Source: an uncultured archaeon
GTDB lineage: Archaea; Asgardarchaeota; Jordiarchaeia; Jordiarchaeales; Jordiarchaeaceae
Direction: 5' to 3'
NCBI GenBank assembly: GCA_964510585.1
Contig: CAZECW010000004.1
Span: 3,606-67,605, forward strand
Length of the DNA: 64,000 bases
Position 1 is the first letter of the stretch. Every line of letters begins with the position of its first letter. The position numbers and the translations under genes are program-made. The notes under the pieces were generated by a model, which was given only the letters and a program-made list of their open reading frames with translations, searched no databases and was not told the origin of the DNA. Positions 49,844-59,848 of this stretch are shown in pieces.

Positions 49844-51493
49844 TTACTTTTTGGAGTATACAATCTCTCCGCCCACTATGGTCATTTCCACCTTTATTTC
49901 ACTTATTCTGTTGGCTGGTACATTTAAGGGGTCGTCTGAAAGTACCACTAAATCTGCAAGTTTACCTGTCTCAATTGAACCCTTTATTTTTTCTTCAAAA
50001 GAAGCATAGGCTGCACCCAAAGTATACATTCTAATCGCCTGCTCCACTGATACCCTCTGCTCAGGAATGAAGGTGTAGTTGGAGGCTACCTGTCTTAAAA
50101 CTGCAGCCTGTATTCCCAGCAATGGATCCATAAGCTCTACTGGGCAATCAGACCCTGCTGCTAGTATGATTCCCTCCTCCAACAACTTCTTGAAGGGATA
50201 GACGTATTTGGCTCTCTTTTCTCCTACACGGTCAAGCATCCACCGTCCGTCAGAGACAATAAATGGAGGCTGAACAGAGACAACCACTCCTAATCTTTTC
50301 ATTCGCTGTATTAAATCTTCATTTAAAACTGATGCGTGCTCAATGCGGTGGCGATGGTCTTTTTTTGGTTTCTCCCTTAAGGCTTCCTCTAAAGCGTCTA
50401 AAGCTACTGTAACCGCTCTATCACCTATGCAGTGTATTGCCAACTGGAAACCTGCCAGATGAGCCTTCTTGACTATTTCACGGAGCTTCGCTTCATCGTA
50501 AATCAGGATTCCTCGATTTCCAGGGTCGTCGCTAAAAGGTTCGAGCATTGCTGCGGTGTGTCCTCCAAGACTACCATCCAGAATAATCTTTATCGCTCCA
50601 ATTTTTAATTGGTGGTTTCCGAACCCCGTGTAAAAGCCAAGGCTCATTATACTAGACATATAAGCTTCAGGAATTTGGAGATACACTCTTAGCGGAAGTT
50701 CTTCCCGCATCAGCAATGTTTGGAAAGCTCTTCCCTGGAAATCTTGAGCTTGATCCAGCAGGGGCATACAGTGTATTGAGGTTATTCCTTTGGTTACAGC
50801 CTCTTTGCAGGCAAGTTTCAAAGCTGATACGTAGTCTTCGTCTCCTAAGGATACAAGGTTGAGTATCATAAACCCTGCAGATTCACGCATTATACCTGTG
50901 GGCTCATTGGTTTCCGGATCTTTATCGATTTTTCCTCCGGGAGGAGATTCTGTTTCCGCAGTTATTTTTGCCAGTTCTAAGGCCTTGCTATTGACACAAC
51001 TGATATGGCCGCAAATACGCATAAGAGTAACTGGATTATTGGGAGCCGCTTGATCCAGATCCCATCTTGTGGGGAGCCGTTTCTCGGCTAGAATTGAGTC
51101 ATCCCAACCATGCCCCACTATCCACGCTCCCCTAGATTTTCTTTGAGCTTCTTTTCTTACCTTTTCCTTAATCTCTTTGATCGATTTCGCTCCTCTCAAA
51201 TCCAACATGTTTAGCATAGCTCCGAAACCCAAGATGTGTATGTGGCAGTCTGTAAATCCGGGGAGAACCGTCTTACCCTTAAGATTAACAATTTTAACCT
51301 TGTTACCAAGAAGGGATTTCATCTCCTCACTGGTGCCGACGCCAATAATTTTCCCGTCGCGGATAGCAACCGCCTCAGCCCTGGGTTTATTCGGATCCAA
51401 AGTTATAATATTACCATTCACCAAACAAAGACCTGAACGCTCAAAATTTTTAGGATCCATATAATTAAACCTCCTTTCATATACCGCCAACAA
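49844..51493 (-). CDS. Amidohydrolase-3 family metal-dependent hydrolase.
   Basis: 549 aa. GFTDCHIHI metal site. C-terminal amidohydrolase_3 architecture. Confidence 0.7.
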   Translation of the reverse strand: MLAVYERRFNYMDPKNFERSGLCLVNGNIITLDPNKPRAEAVAIRDGKIIGVGTSEEMKSLLGNKVKIVNLKGKTVLPGFTDCHIHILGFGAMLNMLDLRGAKSIKEIKEKVRKEAQRKSRGAWIVGHGWDDSILAEKRLPTRWDLDQAAPNNPVTLMRICGHISCVNSKALELAKITAETESPPGGKIDKDPETNEPTGIMRESAGFMILNLVSLGDEDYVSALKLACKEAVTKGITSIHCMPLLDQAQDFQGRAFQTLLMREELPLRVYLQIPEAYMSSIMSLGFYTGFGNHQLKIGAIKIILDGSLGGHTAAMLEPFSDDPGNRGILIYDEAKLREIVKKAHLAGFQLAIHCIGDRAVTVALDALEEALREKPKKDHRHRIEHASVLNEDLIQRMKRLGVVVSVQPPFIVSDGRWMLDRVGEKRAKYVYPFKKLLEEGIILAAGSDCPVELMDPLLGIQAAVLRQVASNYTFIPEQRVSVEQAIRMYTLGAAYASFEEKIKGSIETGKLADLVVLSDDPLNVPANRISEIKVEMTIVGGEIVYSKK

Positions 51494-51532
51494 TTATTCG
51501 ATAAAACGATTATTCTATTTGGAATAAATTTT

Positions 51533-52897
51533 TCAGATTTCTGCATAGTTATAGAGAAAAGAGGCCACGTATTTTTCGAAGTCTTTTATTCCATCAACCA
51601 TGAGATACTCATTAGGTGCATGTGCTCTACCGCCGTGCCCTGGACCGCTCATTATGAATTTCATGTTAAACGGTGGTTTGGTGAAAAGGTAGAAGGGGGC
51701 GCTTCCAGGTAACATTGGCATCACAACCGGTTCGTAGTTGAGATCCTTGAATGTTTTTATTGCTGCTTGGCTGATTTTGTCTTTGACTGAAACTTTCACC
51801 CATTCGTAGGCACCTAGAACTCGCACCTCAATGTCCTCGAAGCCTCGCTTCTTCAAGTGAGTCTTAACTCTATCAATGACCTCGCCGGTAGTCATGTTTG
51901 GAACCAGTCTAATATCAATCTTAACGGTTGCCTTAGCAGGAGTAATGGTCTTTGTTCCAGGCCCCGTCCACCCACTAATTATTCCGTCAATGTTGATGGG
52001 TGACGGCTTAAAGATCAAGTTTCTAGCCATCGCCTTAGGATTCTCACCGCGATAATTCTCAACCTGGTAGCTTGCGGTCATAGCCTTAACCAGCAGTTCG
52101 GAATACTTGTCTACCAGCTCCAAATCCTCAGGAGAAGGGGGCTCAACATTATCATAGAATCCCTCAATCAAAACCTCATCTTGTCCACGCATACTGTTCA
52201 AAGCCCAAATCAGGCGCCAAACAGGGTTAGGGAGAATATTAGCTTGGCTTGAATGAACATCTAAAGGATTTGTTTTACACTCCAGTTCCATGTATACGAT
52301 GCCCTTAAGGCCAAGAAGCAGAGCTGGAGGGGCTCCCGGAACCGCTTGGCTTGGAATCCACATACCCATAGCTTCGCATTGCTTCAACTCGCTCTCCCTC
52401 TTTTTAGCCCATTCTGGCAGGTGAATACTGGCTTGCTCTTCCTCACCCTCCACTCCAAAAATTAAATTGAATGGTAAATCTCCAGCGACTTCCAGAATAG
52501 ATTGCAGAGCGTTAAGAGTAGCCATAAATGGGCCCTTACTGTTTATGGCGCCCCTCGCTATTATGCGGTTATCAATAATTTTGGCTTCAAATGGTGGTGA
52601 CGCCCATTCGTTCAGAGGTTCCACGGGCTGAGTATCATACATTCCATATATGAACATCCAGCGATTGCTAGTTTTGGATTTGAGTTTCCCAAAGACTACA
52701 GGATAGCCCGAGGTGCTATCGATTGTGGATTCTGCGCCCAGCATCTCTTTTAGGTAGTCACGTGTCATTTCTGCGGTTTCCTGCATGCCTTCCCCTGTTT
52801 GGGAAATGCTTGGTTGCCTCAAGTATTCCTGTATTCTTTTAATGTGGTCGTCAAAGTGTTCATCTATGTGCTTGTGAATCTTTTCGATTTCAGGCAT
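51533..52897 (-). CDS. M20-family metallopeptidase (ArgE/DapE/ACY1-like).
   Basis: 454 aa. HxD…D…EE…H metal-ligand pattern. Dimerisation-domain insert. Confidence 0.7.
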   Translation of the reverse strand: MPEIEKIHKHIDEHFDDHIKRIQEYLRQPSISQTGEGMQETAEMTRDYLKEMLGAESTIDSTSGYPVVFGKLKSKTSNRWMFIYGMYDTQPVEPLNEWASPPFEAKIIDNRIIARGAINSKGPFMATLNALQSILEVAGDLPFNLIFGVEGEEEQASIHLPEWAKKRESELKQCEAMGMWIPSQAVPGAPPALLLGLKGIVYMELECKTNPLDVHSSQANILPNPVWRLIWALNSMRGQDEVLIEGFYDNVEPPSPEDLELVDKYSELLVKAMTASYQVENYRGENPKAMARNLIFKPSPINIDGIISGWTGPGTKTITPAKATVKIDIRLVPNMTTGEVIDRVKTHLKKRGFEDIEVRVLGAYEWVKVSVKDKISQAAIKTFKDLNYEPVVMPMLPGSAPFYLFTKPPFNMKFIMSGPGHGGRAHAPNEYLMVDGIKDFEKYVASFLYNYAEI

Positions 52898-52958
52898 TCA
52901 ATTCTCCTCCACATAAATAAAAACCTAAACCAGTTGGGATTTATCTTTTTTCTAATTT

Positions 52959-53294
52959 TTATTTTACATTTCTTATGTATGCTACGCCAAGAGGGGTCAA
53001 GTCCACCACATTTCCTTTTACAGTGATGAACAAGATATCTTTGAGGAATTGTATATGGAAACTTAATGTTTTTTCATCCATTTTTAGGAGGGTTGCTATT
53101 TCTTGTACGGTTAGCGCTTTTTCTTTGAGCATTGTTAGAATTTCTCTTCTGATTGGATTTTGCATGGCTCGGAGGGCTCTTCTATGTGCCTCAGTTGGGT
53201 CTTTTACCGAGCCGCTTTCATCTAATTTTCGTTTCCAAGCTTTAAGTTCTTCGTCACTCATTTCTCTACAATTTTTCGTTTCCAAACTGTTCAC
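52959..53294 (-). CDS. Small winged-HTH (ArsR-like) transcriptional regulator, paralog A.
   Basis: NPIRREILTMLKEKALTVQEIATLL HTH. 111 aa. Confidence 0.55.
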   Translation of the reverse strand: MNSLETKNCREMSDEELKAWKRKLDESGSVKDPTEAHRRALRAMQNPIRREILTMLKEKALTVQEIATLLKMDEKTLSFHIQFLKDILFITVKGNVVDLTPLGVAYIRNVK

Positions 53295-53365
53295 CCTGCT
53301 TCATCATACTTATCTCAAGAAGCATCAAGTGGTCTTGGTCTCCTCCTCCATTTGTTTGGTGCTTT

Positions 53366-53707
53366 TCATCTTATTACGTTTTTTAGGTATACAACTCCGA
53401 AAGGTGTCAGATCCACCATGTTCCCTTCTATGGTTATGTAATATGTTAGCATGAGATATTGAAGATGGAACTGCACAATTTTTTCATCCAGTTTCAAACT
53501 CTCAGATATCTCCTGTATGGACAAAGCCTTATCTTTAAGAAGCATCAAGATTTCTCTCCTGGCGGGGTTTTGCATAGCTAGAAGAGCTCTCCTATGCCAC
53601 TCTGTCGAATTTCCCTCTATGTTCCTCTCTAACACGTTCATTCTCCAATCTTCGATTTCCTCATCGCTCATTTCTCTACAATCCTTGTTCTGCAAAACCA
53701 GCACCAC
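53366..53707 (-). CDS. Small winged-HTH (ArsR-like) transcriptional regulator, paralog B.
   Basis: About 45% identical to paralog A (CREMSDEE, AMQNPxRREIL, VDLTPxGVxYxxNV shared). Confidence 0.55.
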   Translation of the reverse strand: MVLVLQNKDCREMSDEEIEDWRMNVLERNIEGNSTEWHRRALLAMQNPARREILMLLKDKALSIQEISESLKLDEKIVQFHLQYLMLTYYITIEGNMVDLTPFGVVYLKNVIR

Positions 53708-53936
53708 TTATGGAATTTACATAGTACAACAGTGAACTAACATTAAATTGTTTCGCATCCAAATCATGTTTTCCTCACCAACCAAAATACTCAAAATCCA
53801 ATGTGGGAATATCACCTAGCTAAAGTAGGTTTTAAGTTTGAAAAAAGATTTATAGCCCCTAGAAAACATTGGGAACTCTGATATTCTACTTGGCGATTCG
53901 ATTCATCAAAATCCTAAAAATATAGTTGGTGTCTTT

Positions 53937-55244
53937 ATGGAGCTGGATTTGTCCAGAGAAGAATTGTTAAACCTGCAAGAAAAGAAATTCAAGCGCACAA
54001 TGGAACTGGCATTTAAAACACCACTATACAGCCAAAAATTCAAAGAAGCAGGACTAAGCCTGGCAGACATCACAAGCTTAAAAGATTTAGAAAAGTTACC
54101 ATTCTCCAGCAAACAAGACATCGTCAAGGACTATAGAGCAGCAATCGCAGACCACAGTAATTTAGCAGTGTTCCACACCACCTCAGGAACATCAGGAATC
54201 CCCACAGTTGTAGGCTACACCAACAATGATGTCGAAACACAAACCATCAATGAAGCCCGAAACCTGCTAACAGCAGGATTCAAAAAGGGAGACATAATAA
54301 TTAATACTACACCCTATGGCATGTTTTTTGCGGGCGTTTGTATTCATGACGCTATAAGGAGAATTGGGGCTGTTGTGGTTCCTTCTGGTAAATTGGCGAG
54401 CAGTAGGCAGCAGGTGGATATGATTCATTTTTATCGCCCCACCGGAGTTATTGGCATTGCCCAGTTTATTTTGAAGTGGGCTTCCCTGTATGAGGATATG
54501 TTTGGAGAGGATCCTCGGGAAAGTTCTCTTAATAGAGGGTATGCTCTTGGGGAGCCGGTTCCAGAGGGTAAAAGAAAACGCATAGAGGATGTTTGGGATA
54601 TTGACCTTAGAATTGGGTATGGTTTGACGGAGGTAGGCAGTGGGGGAGAGTGCGAAGAGAAAAATGGTGTGCATTGGCAAGAGGATCTCTCCTTGGTGGA
54701 GGTTATCGATCCAGACAATAATGAGAGGGTTGCGGATGGGGAAAGAGGGGAGCTAGTTTATACTACTATTTCTAGGACTGGCACTTTGGCCATTAGGTTT
54801 TGTTCAAGGGATAGTTCCTTTATAGTGAGTGGTGACTGCTCCTGCGGTCGTATAACGCGGAGAGTTATGCCTCCAGAGTTTCGTTTGGATAGTTTGATTA
54901 AGATTAAGGGAACCCTTACCAGTCCTTTCGCCATTGATTCAGCGATTTTCAGTTACGAGGGTGTTAGAGATTACCTGGTGGTGGTGAGCGAAGATTCATC
55001 GGGTCTTGATCGCGTGGATGTTTATATTGATTCAGACTCCTTCACGCCTAAACAAATTGAGAGTTTATATGATCGATTTGGTGGTAAGGTTTGGTTTAAC
55101 CCCTCATCAGTAAAAATAGTGGAGAAGGATAGTATTCCAGTAATTGGTAGGAAGGGGAAGAAAATTATTGACCTTAGAACCGAAGCGGACTATGGGGATG
55201 AACTTAAAACCTTTCTGGAAAAGTATGGGGAATCCAACCAATAA
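53937..55244 (+). CDS. Phenylacetate-CoA ligase / coenzyme F390 synthetase family adenylating enzyme.
   Basis: FHTTSGTSGIPT adenylate-forming core. 435 aa. PaaK-like architecture. Confidence 0.75.
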   Translation: MELDLSREELLNLQEKKFKRTMELAFKTPLYSQKFKEAGLSLADITSLKDLEKLPFSSKQDIVKDYRAAIADHSNLAVFHTTSGTSGIPTVVGYTNNDVETQTINEARNLLTAGFKKGDIIINTTPYGMFFAGVCIHDAIRRIGAVVVPSGKLASSRQQVDMIHFYRPTGVIGIAQFILKWASLYEDMFGEDPRESSLNRGYALGEPVPEGKRKRIEDVWDIDLRIGYGLTEVGSGGECEEKNGVHWQEDLSLVEVIDPDNNERVADGERGELVYTTISRTGTLAIRFCSRDSSFIVSGDCSCGRITRRVMPPEFRLDSLIKIKGTLTSPFAIDSAIFSYEGVRDYLVVVSEDSSGLDRVDVYIDSDSFTPKQIESLYDRFGGKVWFNPSSVKIVEKDSIPVIGRKGKKIIDLRTEADYGDELKTFLEKYGESNQ

Positions 55245-55285
55245 TTCTCTGACATGTTTTCAGGAGACTTTGGTCATTTCTTCTG

Positions 55286-56572
55286 TTACTCCCTTACGAT
55301 TTCTGGGACTCTGATTCCCTGTTTTTCCAGTCTTTCGTTTACAATCTGTTTCATTTTCTCGTTGGTCAGGGTTTTAATTTGGTGGGGAGCATAGACCCCG
55401 ATGTCGGTTATTATTAGGTCGATTAGCTTGGGCGGAGTGACGTCAAAGGCGGGATTGTATATTACTATTTCTCCTTTTCCCGGAATTCTTTTGTTAGTGA
55501 TAATGTTTCTTGGGGGCCACTCTTTTAGGCTTTTTTCGCTGATTATCTTGTTTTTCCGCTTGTCTTCTGCCTCCAGTTTGTATAGGTATGTTACTTCATC
55601 AATACTGCGTTCCTCTATGGGTATTTCGCTTCCCTTCTTGGTTTCCAGGTCAATGGTGCTGTACGAGGTAGCGTAGTAAAAGTCCACATTTCCGTAAAGG
55701 GCTGCTATTCTCGCGATGTCGGCGGATCCAATTTTGTTTGCTACTGATCCATCCCTGGCTACTCTATCTACTCCAAGGAGAACCTTGTTCACCCCGAAGC
55801 GTTCGAAGGAGGATGATATCATATTGTCTGTCACAATTATTATGGGCACTTGGGCCCTGTTTAGCTCCCATACTGTGAGTTTGTATCCTTGGCTACGGGG
55901 GCGTGTTTCTTTTGAAACCATAACTATGTCTTTTCCCTCAACGTATGCTTCTTCAAGCATACCCAAAGCATGGCCGCCGTAACTTGAGGACATGCTTCCA
56001 CCATTGCAGTGAGTCATAATCACATCTCCGTCCTCTATGTACTGTTTTCCGTCCTGCCTCAGGTACCAGCTCAGTATAAGGTCCGCGGCCAAAAAGTAGT
56101 CTGCAGCTTCCCTTACTCCCTCAACAGCCTCTTCAACCTTCCCACTTTTGTTGAGAGATTTCTCCGCAGTCTTAAGACATAAATCCGTTGCCCACTTTAG
56201 GGGAGAAGCGGTTGGCCTAGTACTATTTAAGAAATCGGCAGCTTCCCTCAACTTTTTCATGAAAACATCTTTTTTCTCTTTTTTAAACTCTAAAGCCGCC
56301 AGCAACATCCCATAGCCTGCAGCGCATCCTATTGCCTGACTGCCTCTAACAATCATTCCCTTTATGCCCGGAATGCCCGCCTCGCGGTAATCCCTAGTTT
56401 TCCACACTGTAAACTCATAGGGAAGCTTTGTCTGGTCCAGCAGAACCAGCGTTTCCTCCTCCGATTCATAGTGGACTGTAAGAGGAATATTTGTTTTATT
56501 ATGAACATAAGCTCCACTCTCAGCGTCGAATTCCAGTCCTATCTTTTTGAAGACCTTTTGAATATCAACCAT
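55286..56572 (-). CDS. eIF-2B-like / MtnA-family isomerase, second and longer paralog.
   Basis: LDQTKLPYEF…GSQAIGCAAGYGM and GVDRVARDGSVANKIGS. 428 aa. Confidence 0.7.
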   Translation of the reverse strand: MVDIQKVFKKIGLEFDAESGAYVHNKTNIPLTVHYESEEETLVLLDQTKLPYEFTVWKTRDYREAGIPGIKGMIVRGSQAIGCAAGYGMLLAALEFKKEKKDVFMKKLREAADFLNSTRPTASPLKWATDLCLKTAEKSLNKSGKVEEAVEGVREAADYFLAADLILSWYLRQDGKQYIEDGDVIMTHCNGGSMSSSYGGHALGMLEEAYVEGKDIVMVSKETRPRSQGYKLTVWELNRAQVPIIIVTDNMISSSFERFGVNKVLLGVDRVARDGSVANKIGSADIARIAALYGNVDFYYATSYSTIDLETKKGSEIPIEERSIDEVTYLYKLEAEDKRKNKIISEKSLKEWPPRNIITNKRIPGKGEIVIYNPAFDVTPPKLIDLIITDIGVYAPHQIKTLTNEKMKQIVNERLEKQGIRVPEIVRE

Positions 56573-56728
56573 ATGCTTGCAACTCCGTAAAATTTGATAA
56601 CGTTCATAATTTAGGTAACTATTTGAATTTTATGTGTTCAGATACAGAAAAATCCGAAGCTTAAATAAATTTAGTGCCACGCAGCTGAAACGAAACTAAA
56701 ATCGGGAAATAGTTACAGAATTAAGTTT

Positions 56729-57679
56729 CTAGCCCTTCACTTTTTTATGGAATTCCTCTAGTTCTTTTTTGTTTGGGCTTCCTCTTGTTTCACTTCTAGT
56801 TGCTTTAAAAGCCCCCGCCAGGTTTGCCCTTTGCAAGGACTCAATGAGAGAATATCCTTGAGCCAGAGACGCCGCCAAAACTCCATGGAACGCGTCTCCA
56901 CACCCCACCGTATTAACCACCTTGAAGCCATACTTCTGAAGTGGAATGCCCCTAATTATTATGCTTTGCTCATCTCTTGGGTCAATCAACTGGGATCCCT
57001 CAGCCCCCATTTTTTTAATCACCTTTAAATTCTTGTTAATGGGAGAAAGACGTTTCTTCACTTCTTCCGGTTCACTGGCGCCAGTTAGGTTTTCCACCTC
57101 CACAGCGTTCATCAAAAGAATATCCACAAATTTTAAAATGTCTTTTAGTGACTCGTATCCCTTCACACAGTGTATCCCTGGATCCCAAATGGTGATAGCC
57201 CCAAATTTTTTTCCAAGCTCCACAACCTTCAAAACCACGGGAAGCGGTGGATCAACTACCGCCAACACCTTGGCTTGACGTATCAACGCTAACCTTTTCA
57301 CTTCCTCCACATCCTCTGGCTTAATTTCGTGATTCGCCCCAAAAAGAGTGTTAATAAAGTTCTCACCCTTAGAATCTATCACAATATAGGCTTGACCAGA
57401 CTCCACACCCCTAACTGTAATAATTCCACTTATATCGACCCCCTCACCCTCCAAAACCTTTTTCTGCATCTCAGCTATCTGGTCATCACCCAAACCGCCA
57501 ATGAACGCCACCTCACCCGGATCCATCAATCTTGCAGCCGCCACAGCCACATTGGCGCCCTTCCCCCCAGGAATGCGTGTTATCCTTTTCACCGGCACCT
57601 CCTCACCTATCTTGGGAAATCTTTCCACAAAGAGATTAATATCATAGTTTATAGCCCCAAAACTCACCACTTTGGCCAT
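56729..57679 (-). CDS. Ribokinase-like PfkB-family sugar kinase.
   Basis: GGKGANVAVAAARL and C-terminal GCGDAFHGVLAASL. The start is taken at the internal ATG (MAKVVSFG). Confidence 0.8.
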   Translation of the reverse strand: MAKVVSFGAINYDINLFVERFPKIGEEVPVKRITRIPGGKGANVAVAAARLMDPGEVAFIGGLGDDQIAEMQKKVLEGEGVDISGIITVRGVESGQAYIVIDSKGENFINTLFGANHEIKPEDVEEVKRLALIRQAKVLAVVDPPLPVVLKVVELGKKFGAITIWDPGIHCVKGYESLKDILKFVDILLMNAVEVENLTGASEPEEVKKRLSPINKNLKVIKKMGAEGSQLIDPRDEQSIIIRGIPLQKYGFKVVNTVGCGDAFHGVLAASLAQGYSLIESLQRANLAGAFKATRSETRGSPNKKELEEFHKKVKG

Positions 57680-57816
57680 AGGAACCACTTCAAACCCTTT
57701 ATATGTTTTACCAAAAAATTTCAAGGTTTTTATTGGTAATTTCACATTCCTTCATAAAAGCATTACCCCAAAATCAAATGAAAAACAAAATAATCCCAAA
57801 AAAGGCTACAAACTCT

Positions 57817-58560
57817 TTAAATTATATCCAAAATTTCTGAAATATTATTCACCGTATAGTCCGGCTTCTCATCATCACAAGTTGGCTCCCTCTCAGCGTG
57901 TAAATCCTTCCTCACACGTATAGTAATCGCCCCAATGGATTTCGCCCAAGCAAAATCATTCCTGGGATCATCACCAACAACGAAAATTCTCTTACCAGTA
58001 ACGGGTTGACCCAAATCCTCCTCCAAACACTGAATAAGCCTCTCAAGAAACTCGGGAGCTGGCTTACATACACCTAAACGCTCCGAAGAAAACAAGAAGC
58101 GATAGTGCTTCCCGGGCTCCAGCCCGAAAAGTTTCATCTTCAACTCAGTTTCCTCGTCCTCATTATTGGTGGCAATCACAACAATCGACTTCCTATTCAG
58201 CATCTCAAGCGTTTTATGAGTATCCGGATACGGCCTTGCACGAGCAACAAAATGCTTCCAATAAAAATCGTGAATCTTGTCAAGAAACTCTGAAGCAAAC
58301 CTAATCCCATTATTCTGCTGCACCTTCTCAAGAAATAACCTCAACCTAATCCTCTTATTATGCCTCCTCGGCTTAAGAGGATACAATTCATAATGCTCCT
58401 TCTTAGCCTGCCTGTAAAACTGCTCCATCTTTTCCAAGCTAACCCTCGAACCACAACTCCTACTAGCCTCCTGACAAGTCAACTCAAAAACCTTCCTAAA
58501 CGCCTCTTCCTCAGGAATAAGCGACAAACCCAAAGTACCATCCATATCAAAAATAACCAC
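57817..58560 (-). CDS. HAD-superfamily hydrolase.
   Basis: FDMDGTLG motif I with a GTG start at 58560, VVGDDPRNDFAWAKSIGA motif IV. The long upstream extension of the ORF is an artefact of the stop-free A/C tract. Confidence 0.7.
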   Translation of the reverse strand: MVIFDMDGTLGLSLIPEEEAFRKVFELTCQEASRSCGSRVSLEKMEQFYRQAKKEHYELYPLKPRRHNKRIRLRLFLEKVQQNNGIRFASEFLDKIHDFYWKHFVARARPYPDTHKTLEMLNRKSIVVIATNNEDEETELKMKLFGLEPGKHYRFLFSSERLGVCKPAPEFLERLIQCLEEDLGQPVTGKRIFVVGDDPRNDFAWAKSIGAITIRVRKDLHAEREPTCDDEKPDYTVNNISEILDII

Positions 58561-58599
58561 AGTATCCCCGTCCGACTGAAAAACGCCAGTTCCCTTCTT

Positions 58600-59700
58600 C
58601 GAGAAAACCACCGTAAACACCCTAAACAATTCTACAAGGCACCAAACACAAAAAAGACACAAAAAAATTAGCAAAATATCCTTATAAGCATTTGTATACC
58701 AAAAACCAAACCCGACCCACACCCCACAAAAACCCAAACACACAACTACGCTACAAGACCACAAAACAACCAAAAGCACGAAAACATAACAAGTACACAT
58801 AACCAAACAACACAAGAAAAATGAAACACAACACACCCCCCAACAAACTGAACCACACAAAACAAGAACCCAAAACACCCAATTTCCAACCCCAAAAAGA
58901 AACAATACAAAACCCCCAAAAACCAACACTCTCCTCCCAAAACAAAAAACATCAAACACACCACCAAAAACAAACTGCCAAAAACACCAATCACCAAAAA
59001 ACAGTAAAAAACAAAAAAATAATCACCAACACCAAAACACCACAAAAACCAAAAATAAGGAAAAACCATTGGGAGACACCGTGTACCCTAGGATACTAAC
59101 ACATGACATCCCAGGATAGAGCGACACGCCCTTGCCTCAGCCATGCTCTCTCATACCAGGGAAGCACCGGCGTCTCCCAAAGCCGCTGTAGTCTACCTGG
59201 GTAGGCTCCCCAATCATAGAAAGGCAACCGCCACACTCCTGAAGAAGCCCGTCGAGTAGACATTATCACGGCAACAAATGTAGCCCAACCCCTTGCCCTA
59301 AACTTCATCCCAACTAAAAAAGAAAGTCAGCCAGTCCTCAGAGGTGGGCCAACAATAACAAAAACAAAACAAACTAATGAAACTTTCGGAAAACAAAACA
59401 ACCAACCAGACACAACCCACCAAAAACAAAACACACAAAAACCACGAAAAACCCACCACAAAAAGTTTAGACAATAAAAACCCCGCCCCAAACCCGAAAA
59501 GCGAAAACAAAAACACACCACCACAAAAAACTAGGCAGCATCCCCGCTCCATTCACAGGCAGCCCCATACGAAAAAGGCGCCCCAACCCATCCCAGCCCA
59601 CCTCCTTTAGTTATTCTTCTGGGTCTACCCCCTAACCTGTTAGCAGAATTGGCTCCCCACACTTAACCAACTTATCACCTGACATTCACGCAACCCCTCA
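58600..59700. repeat. Low-complexity tract composed almost only of A and C on the + strand, nearly devoid of stop codons in any frame, interrupted by a GC-rich unique island (about 59070-59330).
   Basis: Long runs such as caaaacaaccaaaagcacgaaaacataacaag… and accaaaaacaaaacacacaaaaaccacgaaaaaccc. The island contains the stem GGGAGACACCG / CGGCGTCTCCC. Confidence 0.7.
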
Positions 59701-59848
59701 TAAAGCCTTGCCTCAGAAAAAGGGAAAAAGATATAGGAAGGGAAGAAAAAATAAGTTTTATACCTCCCCTGGGGGCAAAGGAAGGGAAGACACAGCCAAC
59801 CATGCAACGAAGCAAATAAATAAAAAAGTTGAAGAAGAGGAAACAAAA

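Noticed and set aside
57817-58959. 380-aa ORF on the minus strand with a Cys/Phe/Val/Leu-rich N-terminus.
   Set aside because: The N-terminal 250 aa are simply the translation of the stop-free A/C-only tract. The genuine gene is the C-terminal HAD hydrolase starting at the GTG at 58560.
58746-59610. Multiple overlapping 60-110-aa ORFs on both strands (K/N/Q/T/P-rich on the + strand, C/F/V/L/G-rich on the - strand).
   Set aside because: These are artefacts of a sequence lacking T (+ strand) or A (- strand), hence lacking stop codons. There is no start or RBS context and the peptides are extreme low-complexity.
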